This document shows positions 19,471 through 27,676 of a stretch of 64,000 bases of DNA, piece by piece (positions within the stretch are counted from its first letter, which is position 1; every line of letters starts with the position of its first letter). The notes below the pieces were generated by a model. That model saw only the letters and a list, made by a program, of their open reading frames with translations. It did no database searches and was not told the origin of the DNA. Source of the DNA: Candidatus Latescibacterota bacterium. Its GTDB lineage: Bacteria > Latescibacterota > CBDEFO01. The DNA lies in assembly GCA_965248755.1 (NCBI GenBank), contig OZ252149.1:4192001-4256000 (forward strand). The letters run 5' to 3'. The translations under genes were made by a program, and so were the position numbers.

Positions 19471-20937
19471 CTAGGTTACGTCGTATCTCATAAAGAAGAG
19501 GTAAGATCCTGTAAAAAATACTATGACAAACATAAACATCAAAATTACGTCTATCAGGACGAAATCTATGCTCTCGTTAAGATTAGCGTCGATCAGCCTT
19601 AATCTTGGGAGTTCCTCAGGACGGAGCCAGTCATCTTCCAATTTTCGGCTTCGCATTTTCTCCCATATCAGTTTCTGGTAGTCTTCAAAATCGTTCTCAA
19701 AGCGCCTGTACGCCTTTTTGAATCCGTCGTACTGATTTATTCCTGTCTGGGCCAGCTCCGAAGAGGCGTATTTGAAACTCGCAGAGGGAGAAAGGCGCGA
19801 AAGGACTTTGGCTATTGATATCTGCGTTCCTAGTTCCTTTTCAAAGAAGTCGTCCAGCTCCCGGTGGCGCCTCGTCTTCTCCTCTTCGAGCTCATCCAAG
19901 AGCTTCTTGTGGCGCCCCAGGTGCTTAAATCCGACCAGGTTCTCCCCGATTTCTCTCTTTCTTACAGTCATTTCCTGGTCTATGGCGGCCTTCTCCCCTT
20001 CTATCTTCTGAAGCGTCGGCACAGGAGAGGCTATTCTGGCGATAACGGGCGAGAGATTTGGAATCACTAAAATCCAGATCACCCACACAAAGAGCGAGAC
20101 CAATAGCGCCGTAGCTGATCTGTGCGTAACAGTGGATATAAATATCCCCAGTCCACAGAAGAGCAAAATGTAAAGCATGGAGACGAACAAGAGCAGCGCT
20201 ATCCTGAAAAGTTCTTCTGTGCCTAAGGGAACGACGGCCGAAATGTATACATATGCGAGTCCTGCAGATATAGCTATAATAAACGGGACAATAAGAGTCA
20301 GATATGCACCTGCCCACTTAGCCAGTATCAGGGCGTCTCTTGCGACCGAATTGGAAAGGACAAGCCTCAGAGTTCCTCGCTCCTTCTCCCCACAGATCGT
20401 ATCGAAGACGAAGATCAAAGCCAGAAGGCTTAAGACGATGTTGACGATGTACGAAAAATCAGGGGTGGCGACGAGCAGGAAGAGTGGATTTTTGAAGAGC
20501 TCTTCGTTTACCTTTCTCGTATGCCCGCGTGAGACGTGCACCTGAGAAGGCATACTCTCTTCTAGTCCCTTGGACAGAAAGCTCAAGACCCTCGGGGGCC
20601 TCGGCGAGTATATGCCTCTGCTTCCCAAAAGCTCTCGGACCTTCTCCCCAGGATCTTCGATGGCATCTATCTCGTTTATGGCATCTCTGTTTGCCGCTTC
20701 ATTTGAGTTATATTTTTCCTTATTTATTCTGTAATCGTTGGTAAGTATGTAGATACTCAGGAGTATCCCTCCGAAGAAAAGAGCGAACGTCACGGCAAAT
20801 CTGGCGGTGAGTATGTTGGAGAGTATCTCCTTCTTTAAAAGAGTGGCAAAGGAGACGCTGGAGCGATCCTTTTCAAGTGCTTTCTTTCCTCCCTGGACTG
20901 CATCTGCGTCTGGCACTTCTTTCGTAACATCGTCCAT
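19471..20937 (-). CDS. ABC-2 type permease (paralog)
   Basis: LLKKEILSNILTARF, FDTICGEKERGTLRLVLS, ILAKWAG; GGAGG RBS before ATG 20937. Confidence 0.92.
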   Translation of the reverse strand: MDDVTKEVPDADAVQGGKKALEKDRSSVSFATLLKKEILSNILTARFAVTFALFFGGILLSIYILTNDYRINKEKYNSNEAANRDAINEIDAIEDPGEKVRELLGSRGIYSPRPPRVLSFLSKGLEESMPSQVHVSRGHTRKVNEELFKNPLFLLVATPDFSYIVNIVLSLLALIFVFDTICGEKERGTLRLVLSNSVARDALILAKWAGAYLTLIVPFIIAISAGLAYVYISAVVPLGTEELFRIALLLFVSMLYILLFCGLGIFISTVTHRSATALLVSLFVWVIWILVIPNLSPVIARIASPVPTLQKIEGEKAAIDQEMTVRKREIGENLVGFKHLGRHKKLLDELEEEKTRRHRELDDFFEKELGTQISIAKVLSRLSPSASFKYASSELAQTGINQYDGFKKAYRRFENDFEDYQKLIWEKMRSRKLEDDWLRPEELPRLRLIDANLNESIDFVLIDVILMFMFVIVFFTGSYLFFMRYDVT

Positions 20938-20982
20938 TCTTGGCCTCCATCGCAATTATAAGCCGCCCTTACCAGAACGGGG

Positions 20983-22383
20983 TCAATCGAAGACGATAAG
21001 TCCGAACCCTTGAGGTCTCCCTAATCGAGTCCGTGCCCATTCCCCGTACTCGGCAACCTCAACTCTCATTCTGGCTACGTTAAATCCCCACATAGTGTCT
21101 CTTTCCACCTTGGCGTTTCCCAGGTCCACAAAGGGAATCCCGATCTCTAAAGTCCAAAACTTATCCTCTATCTTAGTCACCAAATCGTAGTTCCCGTTCC
21201 ACGAGGTATCTATCTCACGGTTACGCCGGTGGGCGTCCCATATCGTTCCTATGGCGTTCACGATAATGTGATAGTACGACCTCCTGTCCCAATTTGTATC
21301 GAAACATATCTCAGCGCAATCGTCCTCCTAGACCCTCCCTTTATCTCTGTCCTTATACTTTAAAACGAGATTCTTCATAGATTCCTCGTAGCCTCTAACT
21401 CCTATGTATATCTTATCGTCTGTATATCCGACAAATGCCTCAGATTTGCCCTTTACAGGAACTGCTGCCAGCCGGGTGACATTATAAAACTCCGTAAGAT
21501 GCTGTGCATCCTTCCAGCATGGGTCTGTTAAATACCCATCTATAATAGGTGGAGAAGAAAACCTTTTGGCGTAAGTCAGCAAACCGTGCTTCCTCAATAT
21601 CTCCAGTCCTTTCTCCTTATCTCCGTTGTCTATGTAGAACATAGCTAACACATGATTTACGTTCTTGCTGTTCGGCGCAAGCTCTAGCGCCTCGTGATAT
21701 TTCTGCTCTGCACCTTCCAGATCAGCATTCAGAGCCGACTTGTCCCCTTCCTGTGTAATCTGAGAAGCTATACGCTCTACGAACTCGACCGCTTCAACGC
21801 TAATTCTCTCGTCATTATCTTTTGCAAGCACCTTAGTCATATCTGAAAGACGCTTCCGTTGCTGCTCCGTCATATACTCGCCTCCCTCTACCCTCTGCCG
21901 CACATCCCATTCTCTCACCCTATCGAGTGCTAATAGAGCCTGATATTTCACCTGGCTATCTTTATCGTTCAATCTGTCCATTAAAACATCAGTCGCCTCT
22001 TCCGCCTTCATATACCCGAACGCCCGAACGATCGCCTTCCTTACTTCTGAATCCTTATCGTCTGCATGCTGCAACAGGGCAGGCAGGATCCTTAGGTCGT
22101 GCTCTCTTAAGGCCAACCTGTATAGCACCTCAACAACAGCTCTCCTTACATTAGGAGGCATTTTCTCATTTGAAAGTGCCTCGATGAGCGGGGGGATGGA
22201 GTAACTCTTCGACAGGACGAGCCTCAGCATCGCCTTGTCTTGCTCTTCTTTGTTTCCTCCAAGCTTCTTTATGTCTGCCTTGGGATCCGATCCGCATCCT
22301 TGAAGAGTCACGATTGCCACAGATAAAGAAAGGACAAACAACAAAAGGTAAAAGATGTAAGATAGTCCCTTCACATTTAGCAC
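20983..22383 (-). pseudogene. Second HEAT-TPR-CBM9-like lipoprotein with in-frame TAG at 21328-21330
   Basis: Paralog of 16623..18026 (GCGSDPK lipobox); KGRV*EDDCAEI aligns with NKTWEDDCIQV, i.e. TGG>TAG; the frame continues to ...GLIVFD. Confidence 0.85.
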
Positions 22384-22389
22384 CTGACA

Positions 22390-24033
22390 TCACCTCCTAT
22401 TTGACCTTATAGTGGTTACGACAACGACCATTATCACTCCGATGACGGCCAAAACCAAAAGCGTATTTTTCAGTATATTCGCCTTCTCACTGACTCTGAT
22501 AGTAACGTCCTTTTCGTCCGATTCGACTTTGATGTTTCCCACTGTGCCGAGGGCTTCCAATCGGATCTCATATTCTCCAATGACCAAATCCTCAGGCGGA
22601 GTAATAGTTATATTTACCGGCTCCTTTTTCCCCGCCTTCACCTCCGCTATCATCGCAGGGATGGCCTCAACCTCCCATCCCAAAGGGGCGCTCACGTCAG
22701 TCGTTACACCGAAGACGGCCAAGGTCCCCGTATTGTGGATGTCTATCCTCACCGACACCACTTCTCCTACCTTAATCTCCTGATACCTGTCGGTTGTCAC
22801 GACCTCCATAGCCCCTTCGCCTCTCGGTAATAGTTCCAGTTTAACCTTACTCGCCTTCACGGTGTTTATCTGGGTCTCAGGGATAATGGTGTCCTTATAT
22901 TTTGCCCTGAGTTTGCTTAATTCTTCAAACCCCTCTCTATCAGTCACCAAAACGAAGAACTCCAGCGTAGAGTCGATGTACTCCCTGCTCAACTTCTCAG
23001 GTATCGATATCTCCAGATACAGTTGAATCTTGGTCGTCGATTCCGTGAATTTCACCTGACTCAGACTCGCCTTGGTGCCCTGATCGACAAATGAGTAGTC
23101 TATCTCCATAGGAATATTCAAAAGAGCCAGCCTGAAGGTCTTTTCCTCCTCCGAGAGCCTCTCGAGGATTATGTCAAAGTTCACTATTGAGTTAAGATTC
23201 CCCTCTTGAGAGAACTGTGCCGAGTTTATCATAGGCAAGTCCTCCAGTGCCTCTTTTTTCAGCACCACGGGGATAGTCTTCTCTGTCTCCAAGTATTTCA
23301 TCTTTATCCCAAGCTCCTCCACGTCCATAAGCAGTCGAAAGGTCAGGGTCTTTTCCTCTTTGAGTTTCAGAAACGGCAATATGACCTCGTACGGCTCGGC
23401 TATGATAAGACCAGAGGCAGACGCTCTCGAAGTGGCTTTTTTCTTCTGAGCTTTTTTCCGCGAACTTTCCTCGTCCTCTTGTTCTTCTTCGGGCCTTTTC
23501 GGTTTTTCCTCTTTCTTCGTCGTCCCTGTGCCCCCCGAGGTCAAAGAAATCATTATGTTCTGTATCTCTAGGAGCGAGACGACCTGGTCACGCGAAAGGT
23601 CTTTATTCAGATTCATAGCCTGGGCGATGTGAGACGAGTTGCCCAGAGTTATGTCTACCATCCTTCTGCCATCAGGCGTCCTGTACTTTCTGGCCTCCTT
23701 CACGGAGATATGCATCACACCTGCCAAAAACTCAAGTTTCTGCCTCTCAAGACCGATCTTCTGCTGCTTATACGCCAGTTGGGCGCTTTTGTACTTCCTC
23801 TCCTCTTGGTTTCTATCCTGAAGCGTTATGAGGCCCTCTTCAAAGAGCTGTTGCGCTCCCTCTGCCTCTCTCTTTGTTCTAGCCATCCGTATTTTAGTCC
23901 TCTCAAGCCCTAGTTCTGCCTCCCTGAGCTTGATCTCTTGCAGCCTCTCTTCCTTAGTCTGGGCATCTGCTTGTAGTGTGCATAAGAGCGACTGAATGAT
24001 CAATAGTATAGATATCAAATGTAAAGAGAACAT
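22390..24033 (-). CDS. Exported protein: helical hairpin + Ig-like/NEW3 (NPCBM-associated) domain + C-terminal TM anchor
   Basis: Signal peptide (..ADA-Q); hairpin AQQLFEEGLITLQ; HNTGTLAVFGV..SAPLGWEV..ITPPEDLVIGEYEI; hydrophobic C-terminus + RSNRR; alternative start 24045. Confidence 0.75.
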   Translation of the reverse strand: MFSLHLISILLIIQSLLCTLQADAQTKEERLQEIKLREAELGLERTKIRMARTKREAEGAQQLFEEGLITLQDRNQEERKYKSAQLAYKQQKIGLERQKLEFLAGVMHISVKEARKYRTPDGRRMVDITLGNSSHIAQAMNLNKDLSRDQVVSLLEIQNIMISLTSGGTGTTKKEEKPKRPEEEQEDEESSRKKAQKKKATSRASASGLIIAEPYEVILPFLKLKEEKTLTFRLLMDVEELGIKMKYLETEKTIPVVLKKEALEDLPMINSAQFSQEGNLNSIVNFDIILERLSEEEKTFRLALLNIPMEIDYSFVDQGTKASLSQVKFTESTTKIQLYLEISIPEKLSREYIDSTLEFFVLVTDREGFEELSKLRAKYKDTIIPETQINTVKASKVKLELLPRGEGAMEVVTTDRYQEIKVGEVVSVRIDIHNTGTLAVFGVTTDVSAPLGWEVEAIPAMIAEVKAGKKEPVNITITPPEDLVIGEYEIRLEALGTVGNIKVESDEKDVTIRVSEKANILKNTLLVLAVIGVIMVVVVTTIRSNRR

Positions 24034-24064
24034 GGATTCTCCCATCTTGGATGTGCTCTGGTTG

Positions 24065-25591
24065 CTATCTTCTGCTGACCCTGCGTATAGCCACGACCAT
24101 CCCGACGAGCATCAGAATCAACACGCCCACGAGAGTCAGACTGCCTGCGAGGCTCGCCTCTGAGCCGACCCTTATCGTGATGTTCTTCTTCACCGATTCA
24201 ACTTTCACGTTTCCCACCTCTCCCTGGGCTTCGACTCCTACAGTATAATCGCCCACTCCTATGTCAGGCGGCGGAAGGATTTTGAGCGTGACGGGTATTT
24301 TATCGTCGGGATCGATGATCTTTATCAGGTCTGGCTCAATCTCATAGTACCACTCATAGGGCAGATCGGGGGCCAGTTTCACGTTGCCGACTCCGAGCGT
24401 CCCTCTGTTGTGGATCTCCACCTTCAAGGAGAGCTCGGTCTGGTCGGTACCTATCTCTTGATAGCGGTTTGAGATGACGACGACAAGCTCCCCAACGCCT
24501 CTGGGGATCAGCTCCAATTTTACTTTATCCCCCTTCAGCCTTTCTATCTGTTCTTCGGGGATCGTATCCTCTCCATATTTGTCCTTGAGCTCGTTTATCT
24601 TCGCCAGCTCCGAAGTCTGAGTCACCAGGACGTAGAAGGTCGAAGTTTTGTCTATCAGATCCCTGTCCAGATTCTCATGTATCGCCAGCACAAGGTTCAG
24701 GATGATCTTGGACGTCTGCTCGGTGAACCTGACCTGCGAAAGGCTCGCCCTTGTTTCAGGATCGAAGAAAGAATGTTCGATCTGACGGGGAAGGTTCAGA
24801 ACCACCAGTCTGAAGCTCTTCTCATCCTCAGAGAGTCTCTCAAGTACTATTCCATAGCTAATTCTGGAATCTATCTCCCCTTCCTGTGAAAACTGGCTCG
24901 AGCTTATGGTGGGAACGTCGTCCAAAGACCCTTTCTTCAGCACCACAGAGTAGATCCTTTCGGATTCCAAGAAGCTCATCACCACGTCGAGTTGATCGGA
25001 ATCTTTCAGGAGTCTGAAGGTAATCTTCTTCTTTTCGTGTAAGGCTATCGTCGGAATGATGACCTCATACGGCTCCCCCGCGATGGCCCCGTCTCTGATC
25101 GAGACGATCACGTTTTGAATTCCCAGAAGGTCGTCTAATTTGTCCTCTCCAAGAACCTCGGCCCAGTCGGCGTTGGATGTGTTCTTAAGGACTATATCGA
25201 CCATCCTCTTACCACCTTTTAGGCTCTTGTACTTGTTCGCCTCGACTATGGTGATGTTGGAGACATCCTGCAAGAGATCCAGCTCGGTCCTTTCGAGGTC
25301 AATCTGGCTCTGCTTGTAGTCGAGCTCGGCCTTTTCATAGCCCTTTCGAATCTTGTTGAACTCCTGAAGTGTCAGGACATCCTCTCTGTAGAGTCTCTGT
25401 GCGTTTTCGAATTCTACCATATAGCTCTCCAGGGCCTCCTTCGCATGCTCCAGGCCGAGTCTGGCGTCCTGGATCTTAAGGAGACTCAGCTTTTTTTCCT
25501 TCGTCATCGCCTCCTCGGCAGAGACGGCCCAGGGAAGCAAAGAAACCAGGACAGACAGAATCAAAAAGAGTGTTGACAAATCTCTTATCAT
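24065..25591 (-). CDS. Exported protein: helical hairpin + Ig-like/NEW3 domain + C-terminal TM anchor (paralog)
   Basis: Signal peptide (..VSA-E); AQRLYREDVLTLQEF hairpin; HNRGTLGVGNV..LPYEWYY..PPPDIGVGDYTV; TM + RRVSRR; start overlaps the upstream stop (ATGA). Confidence 0.75.
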   Translation of the reverse strand: MIRDLSTLFLILSVLVSLLPWAVSAEEAMTKEKKLSLLKIQDARLGLEHAKEALESYMVEFENAQRLYREDVLTLQEFNKIRKGYEKAELDYKQSQIDLERTELDLLQDVSNITIVEANKYKSLKGGKRMVDIVLKNTSNADWAEVLGEDKLDDLLGIQNVIVSIRDGAIAGEPYEVIIPTIALHEKKKITFRLLKDSDQLDVVMSFLESERIYSVVLKKGSLDDVPTISSSQFSQEGEIDSRISYGIVLERLSEDEKSFRLVVLNLPRQIEHSFFDPETRASLSQVRFTEQTSKIILNLVLAIHENLDRDLIDKTSTFYVLVTQTSELAKINELKDKYGEDTIPEEQIERLKGDKVKLELIPRGVGELVVVISNRYQEIGTDQTELSLKVEIHNRGTLGVGNVKLAPDLPYEWYYEIEPDLIKIIDPDDKIPVTLKILPPPDIGVGDYTVGVEAQGEVGNVKVESVKKNITIRVGSEASLAGSLTLVGVLILMLVGMVVAIRRVSRR

Positions 25592-26955
25592 TCGAAAAGC
25601 CCCATTATGAGCCTCAGGTCCTCCCGAGCATTGATATACCTGTCTTGGTCTGCGAAGAATCTGTCCTGTGCCTGGAAGAACTGGAGCCTGAATCTCTCCA
25701 CTTCGTCGTCCTTGGCCTTTCCTTCATCTTTGTATCTCTTGAATATCTCGAATCGTCTCTTGGCGATCTCGGCCCTCCTCTCCTGAATGTCCCTTTTAGT
25801 CCGGACCTCGAGGAGCGATTGATAGGCGCTTCTTGTGGCCAACTCGACCTTCTCGTTCTCGTTTGAGAATATCGCCTCGGCCTGTCTTAACCTCTCCCTT
25901 TGACGCTTCAGTTCACCGTATCTTGAGAGTCCCTCAAAGATAGGTATGTCCAATTGAAGATTGGCAAAGATGTCTCTTTCATTCCCTTTGAGCACAAACG
26001 AAGGGCTGTCGTCTTCTCTTTTGACAGCTACTTTTCCTTGGGCGTCAACGCTCCACGTATCGCCTTTGTTAGACAGATCAAAAAAGACCTTCTTACCGTC
26101 CTTCTCGATTCCGGACTGGAAGGTCAGATCTGGCATGAACTCCCACGCGACTTCCCTGGATACCCTCTTGGCCTCCCAGCGTCTTTCTTTGGCTAAGGCC
26201 ACCGGGACGCTGTTTTTCAGGGCTATCTGAACGGCCTCCTCCTCGTTTATCTGAAAGTCCAATAGCTCGCCTCTGATCTGACTTTCTATGTTTCCTATTG
26301 GGCGTCCCAAGAGCTTCAGAAGCTTCAGCTTACTCCTGAACTGATCCCTCTGGAGTGAGTTTATCCTGTCCTTTTCAGTCAGGACGTCAAGCTCCGCCGC
26401 CAGGATATCCAAAGGATCGGCCATCCTGAGCTCCTCTTTCTTCTTGGTCCTCTCCCATAGCTTCTGAAAGTCTTCGAGAAGGCCCTGCCTTATCTTTATC
26501 TGTTCTTCTCTCAGAAGGACGGTGAAGAAGGATCGTCTCACCTCAGAGAGGACGCGCCTCACGTCAGATTCGTAGCCGTATATGGCTACTCTTCGATCCT
26601 CCCTGAAATTGACGTCCAGCGGGGAGTCCTTTCCGAACTCCAAGAACCTCTGACTCGCCACAAGTGAGGTCTCGTGTAAGTCGTCCTCTATCCTTCCCGG
26701 ATCTTTTCTAGAGTAATCAAATAGCGTTAGAAAAGAAACATGGGGGAGAAATCTGGATCTGACGATTATTCGGTCTCCGCCTGTCTCTTCCACTCTCCTT
26801 ATGGCCTTTATGATATCTTTGTTGTCTTTCATCGCGAGTGATATGCATTCTTTGAGTGTAAGTTCCGAAGTGTCCTTCGCCCATATCTCTGCGACGTAAA
26901 CCAAACCGAACAGGACCGCAAAAGAGAACAAAGCTAACTTAGATCCAAGGTTCAT
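25588..26955 (-). CDS. TolC-family outer membrane efflux protein
   Basis: Signal peptide; LTLKECISLAMKDN; RFLPHVSF; EVRRSFFTVL; LQLDIPIFEG; ATRSAYQSL; YINAREDLRLIMG (two OEP-like repeats). Confidence 0.85.
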   Translation of the reverse strand: MNLGSKLALFSFAVLFGLVYVAEIWAKDTSELTLKECISLAMKDNKDIIKAIRRVEETGGDRIIVRSRFLPHVSFLTLFDYSRKDPGRIEDDLHETSLVASQRFLEFGKDSPLDVNFREDRRVAIYGYESDVRRVLSEVRRSFFTVLLREEQIKIRQGLLEDFQKLWERTKKKEELRMADPLDILAAELDVLTEKDRINSLQRDQFRSKLKLLKLLGRPIGNIESQIRGELLDFQINEEEAVQIALKNSVPVALAKERRWEAKRVSREVAWEFMPDLTFQSGIEKDGKKVFFDLSNKGDTWSVDAQGKVAVKREDDSPSFVLKGNERDIFANLQLDIPIFEGLSRYGELKRQRERLRQAEAIFSNENEKVELATRSAYQSLLEVRTKRDIQERRAEIAKRRFEIFKRYKDEGKAKDDEVERFRLQFFQAQDRFFADQDRYINAREDLRLIMGLFE

Positions 26956-27022
26956 AAGATCCCTCCTATACCATATGGGATGCGCGTAGGTTGAACTTCA
27001 CGTGGAATTATCTGATACTTTG

Positions 27023-27460
27023 TCAAATTAGGTCAGTCCTTATGAACGACAGTTAGGCCGCCACAAAGAAGACTAGGTTCCACAGGATCAGAATGAGGAG
27101 GTTCAGTCCTGTCTGCCTCAATCTGTCGGAAAGTTCGCTCCATTCGTAGTGGAATTTCGGATAATCGCTGATGTCGAATGTCCCTCTGTCCCAGTCGGTC
27201 TCCGCCTGCTTGCTGCTTGTCTAAAAGTATCCTAATCTTTACCCCTCGCTCCAAAGCCCTGAGCAATGCGTCGGCAATAGGCTCTGAAGTAAAGCTATAC
27301 ATAGCCACATCAATCTATTTTCCGACTTGTCTATCTCTTGGATAACCTTTTCCGTGCAACCACCATTGGGGCTGAAGAACACCTCCTGACCATAAACAGA
27401 TACATTGATAAATAAAAAGGCTATCACGATTGTAACACTGGTTAGCCTCCTCTTGTCCAT
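27023..27460 (-). pseudogene. Chimeric remnant: PLD/Nuc-like nuclease 5' part fused to the 3' end of an ABC-2 permease paralog
   Basis: EVFFSPNGGCTEKVIQEIDKS / frameshift / AMYSFTSEPIADALLRALERGVKIRILLD; 27023-~27200 is homologous to 18053-~18230 (FDISDYPKF..LWNLVFFVAA*LSFIR). Confidence 0.8.
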
Positions 27461-27676
27461 CGCTTGTCCCTCCTTTTAAAGGGATCCCACAAGAATTGGC
27501 TATGAGTTACAAGAACAGTTGGACCGCTATAGACTGTCCTCAGAAATGATACGACAACGCCTGTACAGGGGGGCATATCACTGTAGAATCGATTCTTTTA
27601 ACACTGATGGCATATTCCCCACTGGAATATTTGAAGCGATTTCTGGGCTATTAAACGACGATTCTACCGACGGACT

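Noticed and set aside
27023..27200. DGR template/variable-repeat pair with 18053-18230
   Set aside because: Differences are not adenine-specific and there is no reverse transcriptase; it is an ordinary paralog remnant.
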